Assembly (NCBI GenBank): GCA_951406725.2
Contig: OX597825.1
Span: 32,736,001-32,800,000 of the forward strand
DNA: 64,000 bases
Direction: 5' to 3'
Source of the DNA: Octopus vulgaris
Taxonomy: Eukaryota
A program made the position numbers and the translations under genes. The notes below the pieces were generated by a model that saw only the letters and a list, made by a program, of their open reading frames with translations, was not told where the DNA came from and made no database searches. Shown in pieces: positions 41,401 through 56,245 of this stretch (position 1 is the first letter of the stretch; every line of letters starts with the position of its first letter).

Positions 41401-41702
41401 TTTATTGTTTTCTTATATCACAATGCCTCAAGTAAAACACCACATTCTTCATTCGGTAGTTTGGATTCAAATCAATGCTTCTTTGGCGAATAATCTTCAG
41501 AAAAGATCCATTACAACACTGAAAACACTAAATTCGTGATTTATATTTTGTGGAACCAATCACAGGTTAATTCCTTGGATCCTGGTAAAAGATACTTCTA
41601 TTAGAAGTCACTAATTAAAAAAGCTATAGGAGCTCACACTGGTGTACCGACATAGCATTGCAAAGCAAAGTCTTGTAGATAACAGACAATGATTTGGCAG
41701 AA

Positions 41703-42211
41703 TAAGAGTGGATTTTGCGTTAGGAAACAGTAGTGTTGACCATGGAAGGTCGAAATCAAGTGATCTGGTAGTCTCAGTGTGGCTATGGCGGATGATTTAT
41801 CTTCCCTCTAGCGATGTAAACATAAGAAGTGCTTCTATGCAGCGAAAGCCCATATGAGAGTTTCTCTCATGGTAGCTATGTTTGTTAAACATCTTGTCTA
41901 AACTTTACACCAAATGTTGTTTCAACCAATTTCTCCAAGAAATAATTGTTAGCGACAGAAGCAGCATTAATATCAAACGGTATTGTTTATCCCCACTTAA
42001 AAGTGGCTGTTGTGTTACAACACAGTATATTGTGATAGCTACCATGAGAGAAACTCTCATATGACCTTTCGGTGCATAGAAGCACTTCTTATGTTTACAT
42101 CGCTAGCGGGAAGATAAATCATCCGCCATAGCCACACTGAGACTACCAGATCACTTGATTTCGACCTTCCATGGTCAACACTACTGTTTCCTAACGCAAA
42201 ATCCACTCTTA
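41703..42211. repeat. Near-perfect inverted repeat with 177-bp arms and a 155-bp spacer
   Basis: 41703-41879 versus 42035-42211, 4 mismatches counted by eye; TA at both outer ends. Confidence 0.95.
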
Positions 42212-44639
42212 AGTATAGATAAATTTCTCCAAGATCAAGTTAGTAACTGACGAGCGAAGAAATGTACCGAGCCACTTTTGATAATAAAAAACTGTCTGAA
42301 TGAAGAAATCACTGTAAAAGCCTTGTGACAATATGGTTTGATTATAAGAAAGCGTTCGATTCTATCTTCCAGTCACTATTGGTGGTATCTTTGCACTTAA
42401 CAAAAATGTATTTCTGATAAACGAGAGGACTCCTTACGTCGCTCACAAAGTTTAATAATAACAACTAGTCAGGGTCGGCTAAGACAAGGGACAATAAAAC
42501 GAAGCTAGTTCAGTTTTAAAAGAAAGTTACAACAATAATGTCATTGTTAACCAAATTATGGTTGCATTGTATATACGAGTAAATTGATCAAAGCTATTCA
42601 AAGACAGCAAGCGACTGCAGTGCGGCTTTTTATTAGTACAGTAGGACACAACAAAACAAAAAGTATTTGCTGCAATCGTTACCCCCAGAAGTCTGGTCAA
42701 TAATTCTCTTACTTGTATCAGAGAGCAGAACAATTGTCTCTTTCAAAAAGAGCACTCACTTTTGTATAAAGTTCGATGTAGTTTCTTTTACAAAGTCCAA
42801 TGGTTTTCTGCTTGAATCTACATAATGAAATACAAATGAAACACAAACCTTCTTTGAGGAAGACCTAAAGATCTATATTGCAATTATTTACAACACTGAG
42901 AAACAGGTGGATTAATAACATTTAACTGGTATAGAGATGGAAATCCATGAATCATAATAGCCCTATTTAATTGTGGAAAGGAGAAAAAGCTACTAGCTGC
43001 TAAACCGCAAACTTTTCGGTAATCTTCCCATCCTGTCGACACAACATATTCTTCAAGAATTTATATATATTGAAGGAAATATACCATACAAGACTGCTGT
43101 GACAAAAATAGAATTACTGAAGACTTATAAAAATATAACAGTCGACATTATCTTCTTACAAATGTATAAAACCCCACAATGTATTTCTGTCATACATTTG
43201 TGATAAATGATTTTTCTATCGAGGAAATCCGTTTCATAGACATTAAACCCGCATGATTCTGATAACTGAAAGTTTCCACAGGAGAAGTGATGTTGACAGG
43301 CCCTATCTCTAACGAGAAGACAGTAGAAGAGATTTGAGTTAAGTTCAGATATCCTTTCGCTGACGTTTGGAATCACTCAAGTAACATCCGTTAAACAAAA
43401 GCAACCAAAATCACCTGTTAAAACCATATATTTAAAAATGAGATCAGCAGGAAATTCTTCAGTAAGTATTCCCGAAGGGTTCACTACCGAAATCTAAGCT
43501 TCTGTAGGACACTGCCAATGGGCTGATAACAGACGGACTGCAGACAGGAACTTCACTGCGGACTAGTTAAGTTAGTCAGCTGGTCCGCAGAGAAGAGGCT
43601 TCCAGTTTGGCAGGAGAGCTATCTAGGAATTTAGGTGGCCGATAGTACTCTCCCTCAGTGTGTAACTGAATGAAGCGAAATAAACAATATCCCGACACAC
43701 TTTTGGTCCGGATTATTTTTATGTACAGCGCAAGCTATACTTCCATGCGACTCAGAATTGCAGAACTGGCATTCCTCAACAAAGATCTACAGGAAGAAAG
43801 CTCTGTGTACATTCAGAAAAGTTTATTTTGCGGCTGTTACCCCCGAAACTCGAGTAGGATGCCAACATCGACAGGAAGTGTTGCATCACTTGGACACGTG
43901 ACATTCATATCACTTCAAATTGCGAAGTGCATGTTTTTGCCATCCAAGAATAGGAGATTCCTTACAAAATAGCTAATGAAAGAAAAGAGACAGCGAAGCC
44001 CTACAACAACCGGGTGTGGCTCAAAATGCTGATTATATCATATTTCTATGGAAGATTTTACGCATAAAGTCGATCAGCAGCTTCGCAAAAATATAATTTA
44101 AGGCACTGACTTCTACTGCGGTATTATGTTATTGCAAAAACAATATACAATGTCATCCGCAGGAAAGATTGCCCCAGGATCGATACAGAATATACGTTTC
44201 AATACAAGGAATATTGATGGGACATTCTTATCAAAATTTCCGCCACATCTTATTCGAAACAGAAAAGCAAAGTTATCTACACAGATGAGTAAGAATTTTC
44301 TTTTAAAAATCAACGAGAAAGAAAATATTTATGGACAACTGCTTGGAAAACTTATAGTTTCTCTGTGCAGATAACTGTAATTCTTGGAACACATAGCTAT
44401 GTAAGTAAATGTCTGGAATCCGAAAAAGAAAGCTAAGCTTTTCAGGTAAAGAAAGTAACATGCATTTATTAATTACACTCTGTAAGTGGAACAATATAAA
44501 TATGCAAGACTTTTCTAACATTTTGAATGTAACACTTCAGCGTGATTTTTATTTACATTACAGTGTAAAATTATTTTACTTTTTATGTTTAGAAACCAGT
44601 CGCCTTTTTAGATATCGTTCAAATAATTAAAACAAGGTA

Positions 44640-45390
44640 AGGCAAATACCTATACATATAACCATACATGCATGTGCATGGTAATCTACATAGATACATA
44701 TATTTAAACATAGATATATAGATACATAGATATATAGATACATAGATACATTGTAATCTACATAGAGACATATATATATTTAAACGTGAGTACATGCGTA
44801 TATACATAGGCATACATGCATACATACGCAAACATATACAGTCACGTATATAAACATGCACACATACACATACATTCATGTATACATACACATGTAGAAA
44901 CGTAAATAGATACATACATGCATGCATACATACATGCATACATACATACATACATACATACGTGCATACATACGTGCATACATACATATGTGCATGGATG
45001 CATAAATACATGCATACATACGTGCATGCATACGTACATATATACATACATAAACAGATATTTACATGCTTACGAACACATACATTCATGCATACAGACA
45101 GACATACATACATACATACATACATACATTCATGCATAAGTACATACATACGTGCATACTTAAATACATGCATACATACAAATATACATTCATAAATACA
45201 GACATACACACATACAAACATACAAACATACGTACATACAAAGATACATACATACATACATACATACATACATACATACATACATTCATACATACATACA
45301 TACATACATACATACATACATACATACATACATACATACATACATACATGCATGCATGCATGCATTCATACATACATACATACATACAAT
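44640..45390. repeat. Degenerate (CATA)n microsatellite field
   Basis: Direct inspection. Confidence 0.95.
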
Positions 45391-45899
45391 ACATAAAGTT
45401 ATTGCAACAACATCATAACAGCTGCGTTGAACAGAAAAAATAATGATGTGAGCTTGGAAGCAAATATGCAGGAATATTGGTTGGTTGGCTGGTCGGTTTG
45501 TTGGTGGGACGGTTGATTGGCGAGGATTGAGATAGGTAAATGCCAGTGTAGCGAAAGGAAGGAATTAGAAGGAATAGAAGTCTTGAGAGAAGATAATGGA
45601 AGATAGAGAAGAAATCGTATTAAATGATTGGAAGATTGAGGAGGGAGGAAGAAGAGAGAAAAGGATTTATGGACGGGAAGGAAAGTGTAGAAGAAAGAGA
45701 GAGAAAAAAAACAAATTAAGAAAACAGAAAACTGGATAGACGGGTGGATGGATTGATAGATGGATTGATGAATGACTGGGTTGGGTTGATGAATGGATAT
45801 ATAGATAGATATATGAACTAGGGAGAGGAATAACTAGGTATACATACCGCTACACAAATATACGTACATATTGATGCAAATATATATATATATATTTAC

Positions 45900-45935
<36 letters not shown>

Positions 45936-46001
45936 GCACAGAAACGCACACGCGCGCGCACGCACACATGTATATGCATATACTATATACATAATGATAT
46001 A

Positions 46002-46086
<85 letters not shown>

Positions 46087-46124
46087 TATATTTATATATG
46101 TATGCACATGTGTACATACATACA

Positions 46125-46162
<38 letters not shown>

Positions 46163-46255
46163 AACACACACACACACACACACATATATGCATACATGCA
46201 TAGCACGGTAAAGCAGATGAAAATGCAGGCAGGTAGAAAATCGGCGATATAAAAG

Positions 46256-46287
<32 letters not shown>

Positions 46288-46297
46288 GTATTAGTAT

Positions 46298-46334
<37 letters not shown>

Positions 46335-46424
46335 TCAAGTTGTGCACTGGCATCGATGTAATCTAACAGCTCCCTCCCCGCAAAATTTCAGGCACTGTGC
46401 CTAGAGTAGAAAGGATTATTGTTT

Positions 46425-46473
<49 letters not shown>

Positions 46474-47725
46474 AACTACTGCTGCTGCTGCTGCTACTAC
46501 TACTACTACTAAAGTGACTGAATCGATCGATACCGAAACTGCAAACTGGATGGATCGCTACTGTGCCGGAGAAAATGCTTAGTAACATTTCTTCCGGCTT
46601 TACGTTCCGAGTTCAAATTCCATAGTGCTCGACTTTGCCTTTCGTCCTTTCGTAGTCGATAAATTAAGTACCACTTTAATACTGGGATCAATGTAATCGA
46701 GTTGCGCCTTCTTGCAAACTTTAAGGCCTTGCACTCGGGTCGATTTCTTCCCTCAAACCCCTTTGGGCACACCGACAACTCAAAACCCTACAACTCCAAT
46801 CCTACATCTCCAACCCCCTACAACTCCCTCACAGTTTAGTTCCCAATATAAAAGTAAATTTAAAGGTGAATCTTATAAAAATAAACTCATTCATCTCTAG
46901 AAATGAGTTTAATAGAGGGAAAAATTATAATCTTATTAAGAACAACACATCTCAAGCATCGTCGCCATTTTTTTTTTTTTGCCTATCTGGTCACTCTACA
47001 TAGAACTCTTAAAGCAACCAGGTTACGAAATTAATTAATCTAAATGAAAACGGATCAGTAAAAATAATAGGTAAGCACTTCGTATGAAAGTAAAAGTAAT
47101 GAAACTGCTATTTATAATCTTGTCTTTTTTTTTTTAAAGGAAGAATTAGTTTGCGACTAACACAGAAATTTAATGCTGCTAACCAATGTGTAAGTGCCTC
47201 ATGAGGTTTATTCCGGTATCTGTTATTTAGATATACACTGATAATCAGATAGACTGAAGTACCGTTATCTGAAAGAATGGCAGGGTGTGGTGTAAATGTG
47301 AGAGTATTTTATGAAACACGTTTCGCTTTGACGATCAATCTGTGATAGCTGTAAAGCTAACTGAAGCGTTTGCTTGAAATGAAGGGGATCTCGCATGTTC
47401 TTCAATAACACTTGTTACGTTTACTTTTCACCTACACTTCCATAAGAAACATCGAATGTAACGATCGCTCTCCAGAGAGTAATGAAAAGACAAACAGCCA
47501 AATGAGGAATGGGGGTTTGCAGGGAATTCTTTCATACTCTTTTAAGCGTTTACTGCTTTACTTGCTTCAGTCATTGTACAACGGCCATGCTGGATCACCC
47601 CACTGTTTATTTTTAAGTCTGGTAGTTATTCCATCAGTATCTTTTGCTGAACACCTAAGTTTCGGGGACGTAAACAAGCCAACAGCGGATGTCAAGACTG
47701 GCTGGGGGTATGAACATACACAAAC

Positions 47726-47840
<115 letters not shown>

Positions 47841-47852
47841 CTCTCTCCTTCC

Positions 47853-47925
<73 letters not shown>

Positions 47926-48155
47926 ACACAAACATATTTGAAAAAAATTAATAGGAATAGCTTTTTGGATAATTTTTTCATTTTAATAATTTAGATGTTT
48001 ATAAATCAAAACCGTTCCTTTCTATTTCTAATTCTACTATATATATACGGAGAGAGAGAGGGGGAGGAAAAGGAGGAGGAGGAGACAGAGAGAGGGCGTG
48101 GGATAGACACATATGCGTACACACACATCACTCATACATATTTGCACAAATACAT

Positions 48156-48525
48156 TACTCTTTTACATGTTTCAGTCATTTGACTGTGGCCATACTGGAG
48201 CACCGCCTTTAGTCAAGCAAATCGACCACAGGACTTATTCTTTTTGAAGCCTAGTACCTATTCTATCGGTCTCTTTTTGCCGAACCGCTAAGTTACGGGG
48301 ATGTAAACACACCAGCATCGGTTGTCAAGCAATGATGTGGGAACAAACACAGACACACAAACATACATATACATATATACGACGGGCTTCTTTCAGTTTC
48401 CGTCAGCCAAATCCACTCACAAGGCTTTGGTCGGCCCGAGTCTATAGTAGAGGTGCCACGCAGTGGGACTGAACCCGGAACCATGTGGTTCGTAAGCAAG
48501 CTACTTACCACACAGCCACTCCTAT
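48156..48525 (-). mobile_element. SINE type A
   Basis: Reverse complement of 3388-3792; further partial copies at about 33440, 47555, 48870, 49447, 58182 and 61030. Confidence 0.88.
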
Positions 48526-49092
48526 GGTATTCCTGCAGTTTCTGTCTACCACACTCACTCACATTGCATCAGTCGGTCGGTCAGGGACAATAGTAGAAGA
48601 CATTCGCCCAAGGTGCTAGTCAGTGGGATTCAGCTCGAAACCGCTTAGTTGCCAAGCGAACTTCCTAACGACACAGCTATTGGTGCGCCTTGAACGCTGC
48701 CATGTCTGCGGCACTGAAGAAGTAAGTCTTCGATCTTATCCAAGTTCTTTCAGATTCAGAAACACTTGTGTTGCTTTAACAAGATCGATATGTTCAAGAT
48801 CCAGGCATGTCAACCACTACAAAATAATCCAATGCCAAAGTGCCACAGATATTCTCGTTTATTTTTTAACTTGTACATGTTTTAGTCATTAGACTGCGGC
48901 CATGCTAGGGCACAGATTTGAAGAGCTTTTAGGTCAAACGAATCTACCCTAGTATTTATTGTAAAGCCTGGTACTTCTTCTATCGATCCTTTTTGCTGAA
49001 GCGCTAGGTTAACAAACCAGCATCGGTTATCAAACGGTGAGGAACAAACACAGACACAAAAACACATGTACGCGCTCAAACATACACACACA

Positions 49093-49201
<109 letters not shown>

Positions 49202-49232
49202 GGCAAGCAACACTTTATATATATATATATAT

Positions 49233-49277
<45 letters not shown>

Positions 49278-49384
49278 TATAAAACTTGTTTTAAAAAAGT
49301 TCCTACCGATAATGGTTATATTTACATACCGAAATCTACCCGAAAATAATTGTTGGTTTTTTAAGATTAATAATTATTTACCCT

Positions 49385-49448
<64 letters not shown>

Positions 49449-49769
49449 GACAGGCTTCTTTCAGTTTCCGTCTACCGAATCTACTCACAAGGCTTGGTCG
49501 GTCTGGGACTAAAGTAGAAGACATTCGGCCAAGATGCCAGCAGTGGGATTGAACCCGAAACCATGTAGTTGGGAACCAAACTTATTACCCATAAGCGCGT
49601 CTGCCATGTCTCACTCAGGCAAAAGACCAGTCGAAAATGTTAGGGTCGTCGGAGGCTGTTCTTTTAATAGCAACGCTCAACAGTTTGTTTGTCGGGTTTT
49701 ATGTTTTTAGCTGTTTTGCTTAAACTTATTGTGTGGCTGTTCTATGGGACCAATCACTTCTGTCATCGT

Positions 49770-49815
<46 letters not shown>

Positions 49816-49919
49816 AATTAGACTTTTATGAACTTCATTCCATCGTCAATCTAATTCCTTATTACCGCTCTGTACTCGACAACACTAGACCCAAAAGAAC
49901 GTAGCAATGGCTATCTACC

Positions 49920-51030
49920 AACAGTTACATAGCAACATAACTACACAACACTAGCTATATAACAACAGCAACACAAAGGGTACACAACAACGCTATGCAA
50001 CAAAGGCTATACAGCGATATCTGCATAACCTTAGCTGCATAACGACTACATAACAACAGCTACTCAACAACGGCACAACAACGGCATTAAAACGACAGCT
50101 ACATGGCAACATAACTACACAACACTAGCTATATAACAACAGCTACACAACAGCAACACAAAGGGTACACAACAACGCTATGCCACAATGGCTATACAGC
50201 GATATCTGCATAACCTTATATGCATAACGACTACATAACGACAGCTACACAACAACGGCACAACAACGGCATTAAAACGACAGTTACATAGCAACATAAC
50301 TACACAACACTGGCTATATAACAACAGCTACACAATAGCAACACAAAGGGTACACAACAACGCTATGCAACAATGGCTATACAGCGATATCTGCATAACC
50401 TTAGCTGCATAACAACTACATAACAACAGCTACACAACAACGGCACAACAACGGCATTAAAACGACAGCTACATGGCAACATAACTACACAACACTAGCT
50501 ATATAACAACAGCTACACAACAGCAACACAAAGGGTACACAACAACGCTATGCAACAATGGCTATACAGCGATATCTGCATAACCTTAGCTGCATAACAA
50601 CTACATAACAACAGCTACACAACAACGGCACAACAACGGCATTAAAACGACAGTTACATAGCAACATAACTACACAACACTAGCTATATAACAACATCTA
50701 CACAACAGCAACACAAAGGGTACACAACAACGCTATGCCACAATGGCTATACAGCGATATCTGCATAACCTTAGCTGCACAACGACTACCTAACAACAGC
50801 TACACAACAACGGCATTAAAACGACAGTTACATAGCAACATAACTACACAACACTAGCTATATAACAACAGCTACACAAAGGGTACACAACAACGCTATG
50901 CCACAATGGCTATACAGCGATATCTGCATAACCTTAGCTGCACAACGACTACACAACAACAGCTACACAACAACAGCTACACAACAACGCCACAACAACG
51001 GCATTATAACGACAGTTACATAGCAACGTC
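49920..51030. repeat. 185-bp tandem repeat, about 6 units, built from a roughly 14-bp caacagctacacaa-like subrepeat
   Basis: Marker acggcatta at 50081, 50266, 50451, 50636, 50810 and 50998. Confidence 0.95.
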
Positions 51031-51499
51031 TGCACAACAGCTCCACAACGACACCAGCTTCATACCACTGGCTATACAACAGCGACATAACAACAGTTTT
51101 ACAACAATTCGCTCTCCCGACCCAAACATCAAAAGCACATCCATTATACAACAGCTTGCGCGCGCGGAGGCATCTACACAACCAGCAAAACAACAACAAG
51201 CTCTGTTCTCACAAGAGTTCCAACAATAAAACAACTATCATAATCACATGACAGGTGGCTTGGCATTCCTTCTGATGGTCACATGACTGCCTTCATGGCT
51301 GTTGGAACTCGTCTTTCTCAGTCTCTTAAAATCGATCTGTGTTACACAGTTGACAGAACACACCAATCACCCACCCACCCACTCTCCGTTGCAATGTATT
51401 CTCAATACATCAATGCAGGGCCTGCCTTGGACATGTCTGTCATTTCTCTCTCTTCCTTTCTCTCTTACTCACCTTTTCCCCCCATTCTCTGACGTTTGT

Positions 51500-51537
<38 letters not shown>

Positions 51538-51816
51538 TCTTTCACTTTCTTCTCTCTTTCTATATGTAAATTCCTTGCAGTCTCTGCCCTTCCTTCTCTC
51601 TGTTGCCTACTTTTCACCTTCTCTTTCTCTCTCTCTCACTCTTTCACTCTCTCTCTCTATCTCTCTCTCTCTTTCTCTATCTCTCTCCCTAGTTGTGCTT
51701 GACGTTTCTATAATCTCTCTCCCTCTTCCCCTATGTATATTATCTGCTGTTTCTCCTCCCCGTATCACTTTTCACCCTCCTCCCCCTTTCTCACCTTTTC
51801 TCTTCCTTTCTGTCTC

Positions 51817-51819
<3 letters not shown>

Positions 51820-51882
<63 letters not shown>

Positions 51883-51980
51883 CATCTATCTATCTATCTA
51901 TTTATCCATCTATCTGTCTGTCTATCTAACTAACTAGCTAGCTATCTGTCTGTCTGTGTATGTATGTATCTACCTATCTG

Positions 51981-52053
<73 letters not shown>

Positions 52054-52090
52054 ATCAATCTATCTCTCTCTGTCTATTTATCTATCTATC
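51820..52090. repeat. (TCTA)n microsatellite within a pyrimidine-rich tract (about 51440-53760)
   Basis: Direct inspection. Confidence 0.95.
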
Positions 52091-52170
52091 AGTCTCTGTC
52101 TGTGTATGTCTACCTGTTTGCCTGTCAATTTCTATATATTCACTAAAATGCTATCCGGACGTTCCTTTCT

Positions 52171-52212
<42 letters not shown>

Positions 52213-52938
52213 TCATTCTTCCCCTTTCTCTCCCTATCCCATTCGCTCTTTCACATTTCCTCTCTCTCAATTTCATTCTCTCCCTCTAACTTCCTCTCTT
52301 CCTCTCTCCCTCTATCTATCTATCATTCATCCATTCCCTCTACCTTTGTATTTTTCAAATATTGTCCTTTTCTTTTCAATTTTTTTTATTTATTCATCAT
52401 TTCTTCCACTCCCACCACTACCACATCTTGCCTCCACCTACACACACACGCGCGCTATCACCACCACCACCACCACCACCCATTATCCTTCCCGTACTCT
52501 TTCATTCACTGATATCCCACCCCCGCCTATTTGTCATAGACTTCCATTCAATGCGCGCACGCATACGCACACACATACGCACATGCAAATACGCACACGT
52601 ACACACGCACACACTTATTGTGTCTAGATCTCGTGTCACTCGCTCACCGTCTCTCTAATACTGACATTTTCACAGCCCCTTCCGCCTCCTCCTCCTCCTC
52701 CTCTTCTCCATCTCTCTTTCTTTCTACCTCACTCTCCTTTGTATGTATGATTGTATAGATATAAAGATACATAGAGAGAGAGACAGAGGTGAGGGGTATA
52801 CATATATTTGTATTTACGTGTGTGTATGTGTGTGTATACATACCTATATATATATATACGCATACACACACACACATACACGCACACGCGCATATTCATA
52901 CAGATATATATATAACTCTTCCCGTACTCTTTCATTCA

Positions 52939-52992
<54 letters not shown>

Positions 52993-53014
52993 GAGAGAGA
53001 TTATGCATGAATAC

Positions 53015-53058
<44 letters not shown>

Positions 53059-53232
53059 ATGTGTGTGTTTGTGTATGTATGTATGTATATACATATATAT
53101 ACAAAGACCATATGTTTGTGTATGTGTATATGCTCAGCCCTCTTTGTCTCAACTACTCTCTATCTCCTCCCTCTCTCTTTCCTGCCTCTCTCCCTATCTG
53201 TCTATCTCTATGTAGGTATCTATCTATCTATG

Positions 53233-53265
<33 letters not shown>

Positions 53266-54281
53266 GTCTATCAGTCTGTCAGTCTCTCTGATTGTCTCTC
53301 TTCCTACACTTCCCGCAACGTTTCTCACCCTTTCATTTCTCTTTTTATTATACACCTCTTTATCTCAATCCCTTGAAAACTTTTATGAATTATTTTTGTC
53401 CCGCGTTCTCTCTCTTCCCCTCTGTCTCTCTATCTCTCTATTTCTCTCTCCCTCCCTCCCTCCTTTCTCTTTCTCTCTTTATTTCTCTTTCTGTCTCGCA
53501 GCCTGATTCTGTTTCTGTCTCTCCTCCCCTTCTTCCTTCCTTATCTCACTGTCTTCTCTGTCCTTAACTCATTAACTCTTGCACCCTCTTCCTCTTAGCA
53601 TATTCGCATATGGTAAGATTCATTATCTGCCTTCTCTCTCCGTCTTCCTTCTCACACTTGCCATTCCTACTTTCACTTTCACATTCAATTATCTGTGTTT
53701 CTCATCTTCTTCTTACCTCCCCATCACCGTCCTTTCCTTCTCCCGTTCTATCATTCCTTCCCTATTTTATACTATCTTAATTGTTAAACCATACGACTAC
53801 ACATAACTACACACACATACTAATGCATACACGCATTAACGTACAAACACATACAACCGTCCATCCATCCATCCAAACATCTATACATCCATCCATCCAT
53901 CCATACATCCATGCATACATACATACATACATACATACATGGATGCAAACACAAATATGTATAAATATATATAGGCACACACACATACCTATATATATAC
54001 ATACGTACAAGCATACATAAATACGTATAAATATATGAACCCACACATACACACATAAATAAATACATATATACTTATATATAGATAGGTACATGCATCA
54101 TATACACATAAATATATACACACATACACACACATACATTCATACGTACATATACACACGTAAATACATGCAAACATAAATGTATATAGTATATATAACA
54201 CTTGTTATGCATAGGCTTGCGTATATGAGAACATATGTCTATGTATATCTGTCTGTGGGTATGCATCTGTTCACGTGCATA

Positions 54282-54373
<92 letters not shown>

Positions 54374-54686
54374 TGTGTCTGTGTTTTAGTGCAAATGTAT
54401 GCCTGGATCAGTGTGAGCTTCTATAACACTTGGCCGCGCACAGACATTGTATTACAAACCAACCGATAGATTTTGTTTATATATTACTAGCACGAACAAG
54501 CTCTCTCAAAGGTAGCGTGTTTCATATTGCCATTGATCTGTTCTGAGCGTGAGCGTGTGTGTGTGCGTGCATGATTATTAATTATGGTGCGTTCTCGTGT
54601 GTGTATGTGTGCGTTGTGTGTACGTTCGTGTGTGTGTGTGTGTGCATATGTTTATGTGCGCTGTGTGTCTGTGTGTACAGTGGGTA

Positions 54687-54730
<44 letters not shown>

Positions 54731-54748
54731 GTGTGTGTGTATGTATAT

Positions 54749-54824
<76 letters not shown>

Positions 54825-54893
54825 TGAGAGAGAAATAAATAGATGCATACAAATTCATATGCTCTGTGTGTGTGTGTGTGTATGTGTGCGTGT

Positions 54894-55235
54894 GGAGGCG
54901 CAATGGCCAATTAGTTAGGGCAGCGGACACGTCGTCGTAGGATCGCGGTTTCAATTCCCAGACCGGGTTTTGTGAGTGTTTATTGATAGAAAACACCTGA
55001 AGTTCCAAGAGGCTCCTGCAAGGGGTGGTGACGAGCCCTGCTCTACTCTTTCACCACAACTTTCCCTCACTCTTTCTTCCTTGTTACACTTTATGTCACG
55101 CTGAATTTTCTCGAGAGCTACGTTAAGGATACGTGTGTATGTGGAGTGCTCAGCCACTAGCACGTTAATTTCACAAAGAGCAAGCTGTAATTTTAATCGG
55201 ATCAGCTGGAACCCTCGTCGCCGTAACCAACGGAG

Positions 55236-55240
<5 letters not shown>
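54894..55240 (+). mobile_element. SINE type C with a second tail type
   Basis: Same head and body as 1898; tail ctacgttaagg..gtggagtgctcagccac..ccgtaaccaacggagtgcca. Confidence 0.8.
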
Positions 55241-55270
<30 letters not shown>

Positions 55271-55410
55271 TAATCCAAACATGAAAACACAAAGAGAAAA
55301 CACAACAACGCGAGGATGTGGAACAAGTATAGTGTTATTGGATGCTCAGGAAAGGAAAGAAAGAAGGAGGATTTAACGTTTCGAGCGGAGCTCTTCGTCA
55401 ATATATACAC

Positions 55411-55517
<107 letters not shown>

Positions 55518-56172
55518 CATGTATACGCACATACGCACATTTATAAATGTGTGTGTGTGTATGTGTATGTATGCATGCATGTATGTATGTATGCATGTAT
55601 GTGTATGAGGTAAGCGGAGGTTCAATGCGTGTATAAACATATGTGTGACTGAGTGGTTAACAGTTTCACTTCCCAGTTACGAGGTTCAGGTTTCGATTTC
55701 ACTGAATCACTGTATTTTATCTTTTGGCAAATGTCTTGCGAAACAAAACTGCGTAGAGTGAAATCTTGCGGTAGCGTTTCGGATAAAATGAAGGTTTCCA
55801 ACCGTGCCCTACACTACTATGTTACGCTAATTCTGGCTAAGGATTACATTAAGATTACACGTGAACAAACAATATTCAACCAGTTAACGTTTTAATACAA
55901 TGAGCAGGTAGTTTATTCAATCGAGATATAAGGTAACCTGCGGCCCGCGGGACTTTCTGAATGGCATGCCGAGAAAAGAATTACCTTGATTTTGTTTTTA
56001 ATAGTGCTGTCCATCTCATACGTTATGCCTCGTTTGACCCGCTTCTCGAAAAAGATAACTGGCATAATCATCGTCGAAACCAACGAAGATCCCTTTGATT
56101 CACCTTAGAATAGATATGTCTGTGAGCATCAATGTGTGTGCGTGTGTGTGTGTGTGTGTGTGAGCGTGTGTG

Positions 56173-56245
<73 letters not shown>

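Noticed and set aside
42246-42280. CTGACGA...GAAAT as a hammerhead
   Set aside because: No stems I, II or III can be formed
49920-51030. Regular repeat as a CRISPR array or repetitive protein exon
   Set aside because: No unique spacers, eukaryotic context, the period of 185 is not a multiple of 3, and no ORF spans the array
55933-55952. hAT-like terminal motif aacctgcggcccgcggg
   Set aside because: No matching second end or target-site duplication found
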